A stretch of 64,000 nt of DNA from Octopus vulgaris (lineage: Eukaryota). The stretch covers positions 69,874,001-69,938,000 of the forward strand of contig OX597825.1 in the NCBI GenBank assembly GCA_951406725.2. Reading direction: 5' to 3'. Shown in pieces: positions 1-13,586 of this stretch (position 1 is the stretch's first letter; every line of letters begins with the position of its first letter). A program made the translations under genes and the position numbers. The notes below the pieces were generated by a model. It worked only from the letters and a program-made list of their open reading frames with translations, did no database searches and had not been told where the DNA came from.

Positions 1-279
1 ATGTTTGATTTGTAATTTATTTCGTAGTCTCGGGAGGGATAAAAGTAAAAATTGATCTCGACTACATTTGAACTGAGAACTAAACTAAATAGTGGCATTT
101 TATCCGACACTAACGAATCTTGTAATTTACCAAATTATTTTTGATTTATATATAATGGTTTGTGTGAAGGCACGTAACCTAGTGGTCAGAGTGGTACGAT
201 CGCAAGATCGCAGTTTTGATTCCATTGCGTTCTTGAACAAAACATTCTACATTGTACCTCTCTCCTCAGCTGTAAGTGA

Positions 280-580
280 ATAACAGTTCCAAAGCCTGGC
301 GTCTCGTTCAAGCGGAACGTTATGTTCTTGGATATATGCCATAGAAACCAGGTAAATTTCACACAGAGTGTGACAAGGCTGGCCCTTTGAAATACAGCTA
401 CACCAGACAGAAACAAGAAAGAGTGAAAGTTGTGTTGAAAGGGTACAGCAGATTTCACCACCTACCGCTGCCGGAGCGTCGTGGAACTTTAGATGTTCTC
501 GCTCAATAAACACTCACAATGCCCGGTCTGGGAATCGAAACCGCGATCCTTTGACCACGAATCCGCTGCCCTAACCACTT
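280..580 (-). mobile_element. SINE family B copy
   Basis: Shares head and body with 58177-58420. Confidence 0.75.
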
Positions 581-2357
581 TTAGAGCCTTTACAATAGTC
601 AAAATAATTACAATGTTCAAAATACGCAATAACACACCATTTAAAGATTCAGTCTTAATATTTCGTGCGTCTAGTTGGGTTGTAAAATTCTTAACGTGAA
701 GTCTATGTTTAACATTCAGGTTGAGGTACATTGGGACATTTATTTCGCCAATGCAAAATTAATGCACTGGTTACATTCCATTCCATTATTATTATGAGAT
801 AATTAACTAATTAATCATTTGGTCAATCGAGTTTTGTTTGTTGGTTGCTCATGAGAGTAGACGTACGCTTCTTCATCTCCCAATGAATAGCATAGATCAA
901 CTGCTTATAAAGCAGTCCTGAATCCACGGGAGATGTGGATTCCTTTCCACGATCAAACTTCGACTTCTTTCTATTCAACGAGTTTCTAATCCAGTGCATA
1001 GACGCTATTTTTATAGCTTTATTTGCTTCAAGATTCATTGTTCCTAAAATGAACTCAGTCTATTTTTATATACACTTGTTTAGCACATCTTTATTGTTCC
1101 AACTTCTAATCATGAGTGTCACGACGTGTTTTCCTGCTATAGCATGCATTGCGACTAACCGTTAATATCGATTTTCAATGAACAGAAATAACATCGACCT
1201 TGCTCGTCATGATTCATCACCAAGCCTTTCATTAAAAAAAAAAGCATATAGAAATTGAGAACAATTAATGAAGCTTCTTAACCTGACGATCGATAATTGC
1301 GAAGAAAATTACATACTACTTGATCGTATTTCTGTGCACGATTTTGTTGTAGAATTCTAGGGGTTTTCAAGAGTCACTTAAATAGTTTGAGAACCAGCGA
1401 ACACGACCTCTCCACTTTGAATTTCCACGTCTGAAAAGGTTAGAAATTTCTTGTTGTGAAATGGAAGTGCTAGCGAACACTATACTTGAGATTTAATAAA
1501 TAATTTGAAGTGGCGTAACATAGAATTTACAATAGTATTTCATGCTAGCAGTGAACAGGTTCCATTACTTAGCTGGTTTTGAAAGATGCATGTATGTAGG
1601 GTCCTTTAAGAGCTCGAGGATCTCACAGATGCAAAATCAGACCAGCGTTGTGTAACAATTTGTGGCAATACTAAAGTGGCTACAAATTTTATATTCATAG
1701 AATTGCGCTTAATTCAATCAAAGCTAGTGAAAGAAAAGTATAGGTAATGATTAATTGAAGCCGCTAGTAGTAAAAAAAAATCTTGTTAAATAAGTATATC
1801 AGATTTACTGGTTAATTTTGTTATTTATAATATATGTCAATATATATGTATATACAAACACACATACACATATATACATGTATTTACGCATCTACATACA
1901 AGTGTATACATTAATATTTACATATATGATATACCAGAGAAATTTTATAGACATTTATTATCCGACAAGATGTTTAACGACTATTGTATGTATGTAGTTA
2001 CATATGAATTTATTACCCAATATCCGTCGTTCAAAGACAAAAATTCATTTGTTAGATCAAACGAATAACCCGCTCCTAAATTATCGTGTAAGTGACTGAA
2101 GATTAGACAGACATGTGTATACTTCATGTAATTGTCAGGAAAAATCAGGCTAGTAAAAACATTGAGAGATTGTACGTTTTTAGTTAAGTGTACAATACAC
2201 CCGACGAGCTACTGTACATTTTCTGTATTAGGCATTTTCACTCACAAGGTATGAGTCGACCCGAAGCCATGAGAAATGACCGTTACCGATGAATTCAGGC
2301 GGGGAAATTGGTCTGGTTCCTTGGGGTTGAAAAGACTACTTCTAGAACATCTTTATC

Positions 2358-2412
<55 letters not shown>

Positions 2413-2510
2413 ATGTATATATATATATATATATATATAAATATATTATTCCTAAGTCTCTCTAAAGGAAACTACGGCAGCGGCACTGGATATTAATAGT
2501 TATCGCCAAG

Positions 2511-2787
2511 CTAATATGGTAGTCCATAAATATAGAGCAAAAGCTGCCGTTGATTAACTCCAGAGGCCATTGCCTCTAGCTGGCTATATGACACGTGAAC
2601 CTGTGTCCATTTGTCCATTATAACCTTCGAACAGGGGAGGTCAGCCGCAAGGGGAAGCGGTTGACCTCACCTATTCGAAGGTTATAATGGACACAGGTTC
2701 GTGTGTCATATAGCTAACTAGAGGCGACGGACACTTGGGACTAATCAACGGCAGCTTTCGTCCTATATTTATGGACTGCCATATTAG
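2511..2787. repeat. Long imperfect palindrome (foldback), arms about 130 bp, 8-nt loop
   Basis: 2511-2648 is the reverse complement of 2657-2787, with scattered mismatches and one 8-nt duplication. Confidence 0.9.
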
Positions 2788-3865
2788 TACTGGATTACGA
2801 AGAATCTATAAAGAGTAGTATGTAACTATTGGGTTAAAGGAACCCTTTTAGTCGAAGTCTGCCCGTTGGATTCGAACGCACATCTCCAGTAGACATTCTA
2901 CCAGTGGACCACACTAAATCTTCGGGTTTCTTTGCAGATTTTATTAACTTTATTATAAACAAGGGAAAATTGTATTTACTTAACATCTAAATAGTTTATA
3001 AACTTTCGACATCATTATTTTACATTCTCTCGAAATTTATAAATACATATAGCATCAACAACATGAGTGTGTGTGTGTGTATCTGTGTTGTTTGAATGTA
3101 TATATACGTATATGTGTGTTTGTATGTATATACACATAGATACACATATATGTACACATATATGTATTTATGTACAACTGCGCTGTGATAAGTATATACG
3201 GTTTCACAGTCATAATTTAAAACCAAGTAAATAATAAACTCCAAATATAGAAATCTTACAAATAACGACACTTATTTCCCATGCATTATGCATTACACAA
3301 TCTCTGCCACTTAAGTAAGAAGTTTTATTGAATATATAGAATACTTCCACATGTTTCACAAAGGAATAATTGAGAAAGTGTAATGGAAATGTTTAGAAAT
3401 ATAATTTAGAATATTTTCTGAAGAGATGTAATATAAGGTCTTATATATATCATAACTTTTGGTGGATTTCGGTTCATAATGGTATACGCTGCATTCTTTT
3501 GTTTTCATTAGGATTTAAATACAAAGGTATTACGTCCGAGTATGTATTTATTGATAAGGTTTGAAACTAATTATTATTATTATTTATCATTTTTGTTTTG
3601 GAATGAACTCTATTCTATAGATATTCATTTGAAATGTGGAGATAAATGAACATTTACTGTGCTCGTATGAAGTGTGTGTATGCCTATTCGTGTGTGTTCA
3701 CATATACATACGTGTGTGTATGCTTATATAAGTATATATATATGTGTGTGTGTGCGTGTGTGTGTGTGTTCACTTATACATGTGTGTGTATGCTTATATA
3801 AGTATATATATACATATATATATATACACACACACATATGTGTGTATATGAATTAGTCTTATATA

Positions 3866-3916
<51 letters not shown>

Positions 3917-4509
3917 ATGTATACACGTATGTACTCGAATATTTAGACCTGTATAATGTATATATATAGTTATGTATAGGTATACGGAGATAGATTTAAA
4001 CATGTAGATATATATAAAATCTATTTCCATATCTATTTATCTATATTTGTGTGTGTATGTGTGTGTGTGTGCAATATGCATTTTCATACATACGATCAAT
4101 GCACTATTCAGAACTGTTCTTTAGCTAAACCTCAATGGTAGCAACAACAACGAAGTTACCGGTAAAAGTGCAGTTTACCATAAAACTTTGTAACAATGTT
4201 GCTCCAAATTCTTTCAAAACTTTGGCACAAGACCACCAAGTTTGGGTTGGTTGGGGTCTGTCGATTATATCAACCACAATTCTTGACTGGTACTTCATTT
4301 TTACAACCCCGAACGGATTGAAAACACAATGAACCTCGACGGAATTTAAGCTATCTGAACGTAAAGCGCCAGAAGAAATACCCCTAAACATTCTGTCAGA
4401 TGCGTTAACTATTCTGTCATTTTGCGGCTTTTGGTTTCCAAATTTGGTCAGCGAATTCATGGAACAGACGCAAGCCGATTACATCTACTCTAGTCTTTCA
4501 CTTGGGTAA

Positions 4510-5295
4510 ATGTAATCTATTATCAACACCGAAAGGATGAAAGATGAAGTCCACCTCGATGCAAGGCCAGCAATTTTATGTTGAGGGTGGTTAGTGGATT
4601 ACGAGCTAAGGTTTCTGTCAGCTCGCTTCATTTATATATTTACTAATTTTGGGACGAGTAGAGTCGAGGACAGCGACCCTAGGTACTTATATAATATTTA
4701 TTCTATCGACCTCGAAAGGCTTAACGGCAATATTACTTTGACGGGAGTTGATTCTAGAATGTAAAGAACCGGAAAGAATGACACTCAGTACTTTCTCCCA
4801 TGTGACGACGATTCCGCCAGCTCGCTACATTTTTCTGCCTTAACGTTGGCTCTAAATTTTGGCACAAGGTCTGCTGTTTTAGGGGAGGGGTGAGTCGGTT
4901 ACATCGACCCCAGTGTTTAACTGGTTCTTATTTTATCGAGCTCGAAGGGATGAAAGCTAAAGTCGACCTCGGCGGAATTCGAACGCAGAACGTGAAGATG
5001 GACGAGAACCCGCTAAACATTTTGCTCCGGGTGCTAACGATTCTGTCAGCTCGACGCCACTTTTGCTGCTATTAATATTGGTTTAAAATTTTGACACAAG
5101 GCTATCAGATTCGTGAGAGGAGGTATGTCGATGACATCTACCCAAGCGCTCAACCTTTATTTATTTTATCGATCCCGCAAGGATGAACGACTATGTCCCC
5201 CTCAGTTGAATTTGAACTCATAATGTAAAGAGCCGGAAGAAATGACACGCTGTATTTTCTCCGACATGCTAACAATTCCGCCAGCTCGCTACATG
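4510..5295 (-). mobile_element. Head-to-tail cluster of about four decayed family D SINEs
   Basis: Repeated blocks aaattttggcacaagg, gtcgacctcggcggaattcgaac and ccgccagctcgc. Confidence 0.7.
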
Positions 5296-6333
5296 TTGCC
5301 TTAATATTTCCACATAATAGAAACATTTTTTTAATTGCTGCCATTAGTGGTGTTGGACAATGAGTTTAGTTTACGTGATAGATCACCCGATTCTAACAAA
5401 ACCATTATAAAACTAGAATTCATTGAATTCCAGAATATGTTGCTGCTCCTCGAATTGAAAACCTGCTAAATTCACAGGATTTCAAAAACAATGAAACAAT
5501 ACAATTTTTAAACAACGCTTTCTTTATAGAATACATTTAGTATATAATATAATTGTCCAATTAGTTTTAAACATACATATGCCAACACACTCGCCTGTAT
5601 ACGAATATGAGTGTGTGTGAGTGCAATATATATATATGTGTGTGTGTGTGTATGTGTGTGTGTGTGTGCTTGCCAATTGTTTATATGCCAAATGTCCATG
5701 CACACATAAATACACACACAGGCTCTCCGTGACATATACACTATATATTAATTGTGGATTAAGTTGTACATCCAACACAAGGTGAAACTTGAAAATAAAA
5801 TAAGACTAAGACAATTTAAATCCACACCTTACATGCTGCTTTACTTCATCTTCTCACGCCTCGTTCTATTATCTATAGCTTTACATCATTTAATACAGAT
5901 TATACATCAGGTTTTAGAATACGCGTCAAATTACATATATGAACGTTGTCATTGAAATTTTGGACTCAATGGCGTTCTTTGTGTCCTGTGTTAAAGTGAT
6001 TCATTAATTTCGTAGAATTGTTGCAATTGGGTTTTTTTTCTTAATGTTATTTGCTATTGAAACTCCTCGTAAGTGCATCGTACGAAAATGAACAAGAGAA
6101 TGTTTTGTGATATAACTATGCAATATCTAGTTGTATAATTAGGATACACATAGTCACTCTCTCATACTTTCCCTCTCTCCGTCTTGCTTTCACATACATA
6201 CATATAAACAGTCACACATGCCCACGCTCTTGTACATTTCATAGTTATATCGAAACTCGTATATATTGTGCGTTTATGTATACATATAAATATATGTGTA
6301 TATGTATCTATGCCTATATGTATGTGTGTGTGC

Positions 6334-6372
<39 letters not shown>

Positions 6373-6474
6373 GGAGTAAGCACATACATGTGAAACAAGG
6401 TGGAAAAAAGAGTGCTCAAATACCAGAGGTAGAGTAATATGCTTTATTTAAAAGCAGCAGAAATATAACAAAAG

Positions 6475-6512
6475 CTGTTACTCAGAGTTTCACGTTCCCA
6501 TTCGTAGGACAG
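6475..6512 (-). ncRNA. Degenerate minimal hammerhead ribozyme motif
   Basis: Minus strand reads ctgt-CCTACGA-atg-ggaa-cgt-GAAAC-tctga-GTA-acag. All three stems are present but the core differs from CUGANGA at two positions. Confidence 0.5.
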
Positions 6513-6564
6513 TTTTGTATATATATACAAATACAGTGATGCGCACACACACACACACACACAC

Positions 6565-6605
<41 letters not shown>

Positions 6606-7128
6606 TCGTAGCCACTCCAACCTGGCTGTCCGTTCGAACCGGACTTTACTTGCGAATTTTTAAGCCTAAGAGGATATCTCCTCTAGATGGTGGACGATGC
6701 ACACCTGCATCTAAGATATTGCGAGCAAGGGAGAGATATCCTAAAACCCTACCACCTTCTAGCGACGGAACCAGCAGACCTGCCTGGTTTTAGGCTATTT
6801 CTGTCTCTCTTCAGTACTGGACATCTTGTCTGCTAGAGATGGAAGTAGCTTGATTCTGCTCGCTATCTATATATATAATTTCAAGCTACATACAGTTGCT
6901 GGTTTTACAAGAAGAAAAAATGCGATTTGAATGAAACTATCTCAAAAAATCCACTTTGAAGCGATGAAGCTGCCGCAGTGACCTCAACAACTTTCAAAAT
7001 TTATAAATTTCGGTTTCAAAAGTAATTAAATCTCACTAGTACATAGGAGACTCAATTTTCTCATTGATGCATGTTATAATTAAGATAAGGCAAAACAAAA
7101 AAAGCGGAAACATAGAAAGAGTGAGATT

Positions 7129-7187
<59 letters not shown>

Positions 7188-7454
7188 TGAGACGGTGAAA
7201 GAGAAATAGATTGAGTGGGACAATTGGAGAAAGAGAAATTAAAATAGCTGAACGGAAAGGATGAAAAAAATGAGGCGCATAGAAATGCTAGTAACTAATT
7301 TCCAGTAGTTATAGTGGACTTTTGTCAGTAATGAATTTGCAGGAATGCGACGAAATTTTTGACATTTTGTATTTGTAGTATTAATTTACACTAACTTAAA
7401 TCAACTGAACTCAGTTCGTAATCGAAGTCATCTGGAGTATCAACGTACGATGCT

Positions 7455-7597
7455 GTAAGTAGCTTGCTTACCAACTACAAGGTTCTGGGTTCAGTCCCCA
7501 TTGTGTGGCACCTTGGACAAATGTCTTCTACTATAGCCTCGGGCCGACCAAAGCCTTCTGAGTGGATTTGGTAGACGGAAACTGAAGGAAGCTCGTC

Positions 7598-7679
<82 letters not shown>

Positions 7680-7915
7680 GTGTTTTGTGTGTGTGTTTGT
7701 GTGTTTGTCCGTGTCTGTCTCCACAACATCGCCTGACAACCGATGCTGGTGTGTTTACGTCCCCGTAACTTAGCGGTTCGGATAGAGAAACCGATAGAAT
7801 AAGTACAAGGCTTACAAAGAATAAGTCCTGGGGTCGATTTGCTCGACTAAAGGCGGTGCTCCAGCATGGCCGCAGTCAAATGGCTGAAACAAGTAAAAGA
7901 GTAAAAGAGTAAAGA
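7455..7915 (+). mobile_element. SINE family A (tRNA-like head, CORE-like gcaccttgggcaagtg block, internal microsatellite, ...gactgaaacaagtaaaag tail)
   Basis: Closely similar to copies at 18085-18500, 27574-27980 and 44636-45050. Confidence 0.85.
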
Positions 7916-8074
7916 GAGAGTAGACTCTGCGTCTTCTGTAATGTAAACATGTTTCTTTCACGATATAACTATTCCAGACTGAACACCTTTGCTACCAGAT
8001 ACTGCAAGGTAGGGATAAGAATTGGTAAGCTTTAGGGTTAGGGTCTACTCCCTGCACTCTTCCACTTAGTGGTA

Positions 8075-8620
8075 TATCACCGAGACAAGTGAAGATGTTT
8101 AAGGATCTCGGGGTCGCGTTCACATGTGATGACACAGTAATTCGTCAACTCCAGGATTCGATTCTCAGAAGAAGAGAGATTGGTAAAAAAAAATGCAAAA
8201 TTCATTATCTTCAGTTCGGTCTTGTGCCTGTCCCCAGTTATGGTCACGAATGTTGGGTAATGGTTGAAATGGTACGATCGTGTATAGAAATAGGCGAAAT
8301 GAAGTTTCTCTGAACAATCTCTGGAGGAATGTTATTTAACTATTTAACTCAATGTATAACTCGAAGATCAGAGAGTTTCTCCAGATCGAGACATTACATC
8401 TCCTCCATGAGAGGTCACAGTTCCGATGCTACGAACATGTGATTAGAATGTAGCGGAAATTATTAATAAGATGGATTCTCGAAGTTAAGTCAACTGGTAG
8501 GGGTGCATTATGAACGAAACTGCTAATGTCCATAGCCTTAGTCGGTCATGCTTGGAAATGCAGCCGGAAAATGCCATGACGGTTGCTTCTGATAGGACCC
8601 TAAACCAGCGGTTCTTGAAG
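8075..8620 (+). mobile_element. RTE-clade LINE reverse transcriptase C-terminal relic
   Basis: Remnants QVKMFKDLGV (FKYLG-like), PVPSYGHECW, EMKFL and ERSQFRCYEHVIRM, with stops. Confidence 0.7.
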
Positions 8621-8979
8621 AATCTATACACACTACCCTCCCAGATAATAGAGTTGCCATACATAATCTGATATCAAGCCACTTGCCAAACTACCACTAG
8701 AGTGATATATTCAATTTCTTCTTGATATAATCCCGAAAATAAATAGATGCATGAGTAGAAATGCCTTTGAACATAGTCCCTGAATATTTATAGCTTATCT
8801 GTACTAAAAACAACAATCTGCACTAATAACAGTAGCAAAATAACTCGATTATTACTCATATTTGTTGAGTAAAGATGAATGAATGATATCGTATTTAGTG
8901 AATGTAATAAGTAAAGTGTACGAATGTAAGTACGGTGTAGTGTTTAAACAGATTCCAATATTCCACATGTATTTTGCAG

Positions 8980-9119
8980 GATTGAGTGGCCAAAATTTCA
9001 CCTTTCTACCAAATGGAGATGGTCCAGCTCGTTACAGAATTTTGAATTACCGCCAAAAATCTTTAAATCAATTTGAATGGAACAGTGTGGGTTTCTTTAA
9101 AGATGGAAAACTCAGAGAT
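8980..9119 (+). CDS. mGluR: Metabotropic glutamate receptor-like GPCR, internal exon (end of Venus flytrap domain); upstream exons not found in the window
   Basis: Acceptor ttttgcag|G at 8979/8980 and donor GAT|gtaagt at 9119/9120. Translates (G)[46 protein letters not shown], matching the mGluR F..NGD...RY.I.NY motif. Phase 0 join to the next exon. Confidence 0.9.
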
Positions 9120-9150
9120 GTAAGTTATCAATTTTAACTAAAAATTCCTC

Positions 9151-9300
<150 letters not shown>

Positions 9301-9844
9301 TTATCAATATATGTATCTATCTGTCTATTTATCTTTCTCTCTGTATATGAATAGAATTGTATCCAATTTTTAAGCCCAGTTTTACATAGGCGAAATCTTT
9401 TCAGATTTATATAACCCATATAATTATAATTGCTTGCTGTCCAAAGTAATAATGTTCCGTGTAGCTAGATATTTGCATAACAGAGGTTTTAAAATACATG
9501 CCCCATGTCGAATCCAGCCAGATCAAAAGTATATATTATTTACATCTACAAATAAATCACGCCACATCAATGGGATTAAATTTAATCGACTAAATCGTCT
9601 CAAAACGCTGGCCTTTTGCCTAAATCATAAATAATCTTTATAATCTTTATCGTTAAGCATTAAGACATTAACTGTCTGATTAAACTCCATGGTCATTCTC
9701 ATAATGATGTTAATTACTCACCAAAAATTAGAAAAATTGTTGAGCGCCATCGTGATGGACAATTTAAGAATTTAGATGTCTAATTAAGAAAGTTACTTAT
9801 ACTATTGTTTCAACAACTTATTAAGCTGTGCATGTTCAGCTTCA

Positions 9845-10162
<318 letters not shown>

Positions 10163-11614
10163 TGATTTATTCGATCAGCCGAACAGGCACCAGGTAAAAT
10201 TATCTCGCAAATAGTTGACGTTTCCACAGACACGTTACCATTTAACGCAATTCTCACGGAGATTCAGCTTGACACAGAATGTGACTGGTACTTTGAATTA
10301 CAGGTACCACTCAATTTTTCCAGATAAATGGACGACAGCAACACGAAATAAAATGTCTTGCTTAAGAGCACAACGCGTCACCGGGAATCGAACTCGTGAC
10401 CTTGTGATCGTGAGCCGAATACATTAACCACAATACATTAATCAACAAAATAAAAGTACTCTATCTGGTGAGAGATAAATATTGTTTATTTAAAAAACAA
10501 AATACAATTCTTGAAGTGCTACTAATGGTTTTACATGCAAAAAAATACCACAAACATATTTATCAGGAACAAACCACATGTCACAAACTAAAAAAAAAAA
10601 TGAATAAGAGAAGAAACGTGAAAAGCTGAGAAAGAAGCATATAGAAAACGCGGAAGGTTAAAAAACGGAAAACGAAAACTTGATTACTAAAAAGTAAAAA
10701 GGCAAAAGCGTTATCCTCGTGAGACTTTAAATTATAAGGCTGGAAAGATATCAACAAGTTAATCAGGTATAAGAAGGAATTTTCCAATTCTACAAAATAT
10801 ATTCAAACATACGTTTGCAATACAGTTTTCGACTACCAGGTTCGTTCACAAGACATCGGTCACCCAGCCTAGGAAGTGTAGCAGAAAACATTAGTCCAAG
10901 GTTGCAAGCAAAGAGACTGAACCAAGTACCATGAATTTGGGCACATCACCATGTTTTCTCTCTTATGTTAAAGTAATATCAGACATGGAAAGGGTGAAGA
11001 GCTTTGAAGTACTGTGGAATTGTTTTTGAAAAATTAATGCAAAATGTTCATAAATTATTCTTATATTTGAGATAAAACAATTCATAATCGCATCAGTCTG
11101 ATATATATTTATGTATATATAAAATTGATTACGTTAGTCTGAGGAGATTTGACGTCTGCAAACTTTTATGAATATAAATTGTATCGCTTCCTCTTGTGCA
11201 CTCTCATTGACTTGTTTCAATCATTGGACTGCAGCCATACTGAAGCAGCGCTTTCTTAGTCGGTCGAACTGACCCCAGTATTTCCTTTTAAGCGTGGTGG
11301 TTGTGCTATTGCTTTCTTCTCCTGAACGCTAAGTTACAGAGACGCAAACAAACCGACAGCAAATGGCTAGTGATGTGGGTGAAAAACAGAAGCACTAACA
11401 CACATACACACACATGCACCCGTTCCCCCGAAGATTTCTAAATTCTGATGACGTCAACAGCATACAATTCTCAATGGTGAGAGCAAAAGGTCTAAATTAC
11501 AGGATGGCTCAGAATCACGCACCAAAGTACTTGACTTTTAAAATTTGTATTAAGTGATAATAATTCATTTTGTTCATCATGTACAAGTAGATGAAGTGAA
11601 TTAAAAGTAAAGTT

Positions 11615-11925
11615 ACCTTCTCGTGTCATACCGACTCATATGGCCCAGCTTCTCGGTTTCATGGCGTATATATTCCTCACCTGGACGGGACGACAATCCG
11701 TCGCAGGATTACTCATTTTTGCCAGCTAAGTGGACTGCAGCAACGTAAAATGAAATGTTTTCCTCGAGACCACAACGCGTCAAGGAGTCGAAACCACAAT
11801 CTTATGATTATGAGTCCAACAACCTAACCACTACGACACGGACCTCCACTGTACAAAGTCGAACACACAATCTTATGATAATGAGTCCAACAACCTAACC
11901 ACTAAGCCACGCACCTCCACTGTAC
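11615..11925 (-). mobile_element. SINE family C copy with tandemly duplicated head
   Basis: The block cacaatcttatga...cctccactgtaca occurs twice (about 11796-11855 and 11866-11925). Confidence 0.75.
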
Positions 11926-12662
11926 ACTTACGTGTGTATACATCCTTATTTTATGTATTTTACCTCATTATTAAATTAAAATAACTTAAAGCATATCTTT
12001 GAGAATTCTGGAGCGTCTTCAATTTATTCTGTGCCTCAATTTTGTCCCAGCCTGTAGATAAAGAATTTGGAAGGATTAATCTTGTCCCAACAGCAGACAT
12101 AATGGGATGTGTGTTCTTGAGTCGCGACCACAGCTTTCAACCTTTTGTATTCAAAGGGGTTTTACATCCTCAAATTTACAAGTTATTATTTACAGCTTTA
12201 TGTGCTTCGAGCTCGGCTTTTTCAGAAAACAAAAAATATAATGTTCTCTAGGAAATTTATAAATTTTTATGACGTTAACAATATATATACATAATTGAGT
12301 TTTTAAATGACTGAAATAACAAATAATTAAAAATGCGACACTTCATGTGAAACAACCAAATATATAATATAGGTAATTATTTTAGACTTGGGTATACATC
12401 TGGTAGTATGCTGATGAAAATGAAGTTCACCGTCTTCGGCTACCTAATGACATCAACAGTATGGATAGAAATGTCAATGGATTTACTCCAGGAATTCCTC
12501 CGTGTCTGTGGAGTATATGACACGAAAGAAAGAGAAAATGGAATTCACGAGATTCTTTATTAATCACAACGATCGTTTCGACCCATCTTGCATCAGTCAC
12601 TGGTGGGTGAGATTCTAGACAACTCGTGAATTGCTTTTTCTATTTCTCTCACTTGTAAGTTT

Positions 12663-12726
<64 letters not shown>

Positions 12727-12728
<2 letters not shown>

Positions 12729-13045
12729 ATAATAATAAAATATTAGGGAATAAATCCAAACTTACAGGGGAAAATCAGATTTAGGATTGAATCTAATTTT
12801 ATAGTATAATATTATATTATATTAAATTAGAGATAAAACCACTATTAGGCAAATCATACAATGAAAAACTTAAGCCAATACATAAGATTAATTAATTTAT
12901 ATTATTTTAAATATATATCAAAATTATTAAAGAAAGATAATGAGTATAACACTACGATCGTTTCATGACTGTCCAATTCGTAAAAATTCGAGTTACAGTC
13001 AATCTTCAGGTGATTGAAATATTTATCTTAGCGAAGTTTAACATA
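12727..13045 (-). mobile_element. Penelope-like terminal-repeat fragment adjoining (TA)n
   Basis: Non-repetitive AT-rich block between TA tracts, carrying the canonical hammerhead motif. Confidence 0.5.
12950..13012 (-). ncRNA. Type I hammerhead ribozyme motif (canonical core, Penelope-like minimal stem III)
   Basis: Minus strand reads cac-CTGAAGA-ttgactgt-aactcg-aattttta-cgaatt-gg-acagtcat-GAAAC-gatc-GTA-gtg. Stem I cac/gtg, core CUGANGA, long stem II (tgactgt/acagtca), GAAA, palindromic stem III ACGATCGT, GUA cleavage triplet. Confidence 0.8.
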
Positions 13046-13333
13046 TATATACAGAGAGCGAGTAGGGAAAGACAGAGGATGTAAGAACAGAGAGAGAGAG
13101 AGAGAAAGCGTGTAATAGAAGCATATGAGTACAGATTCAGCAGAAATAGCTATTTGCAGCTAGAGGCAAGTCAGGTATTTTAAAAGACAAAATCGTGTAT
13201 CAATGCAATCAATTTCCGCTGTCTTTGAAGTATCCACTTCCACGTAGCAATTGTAGATGCTTATCACAAACTACGTATTTCTAGAGCACTCAATATGCAA
13301 GCGTTTATTCATACTGCACATAGCTATCTATCC

Positions 13334-13412
<79 letters not shown>

Positions 13413-13544
13413 TTTATATTTATATGTATATGTATATGTATACATATATTTAGAGATAGATAGATACACACACACACACATCCGTGCACATCTTTGTGTA
13501 TTTTGTATGTTTGTGAGTGCTTGTGTGCATACATATGCATACAT

Positions 13545-13586
<42 letters not shown>

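Noticed and set aside
820-1230. Possible Tc1-like transposase relic on the minus strand
   Set aside because: Only faint motif resemblance; cannot be supported without a profile search.
1283-1320. CTGACGA-tcg...cga-AGAAA hammerhead-like string; similar partial hits at about 19292-19325, 20588 and 49232
   Set aside because: Core spacing is wrong, or stems I-III cannot be formed.
4125-4460. 111 aa minus-strand ORF or upstream mGluR exon
   Set aside because: No Venus-flytrap motifs in any frame; overlaps decayed SINE-like sequence.
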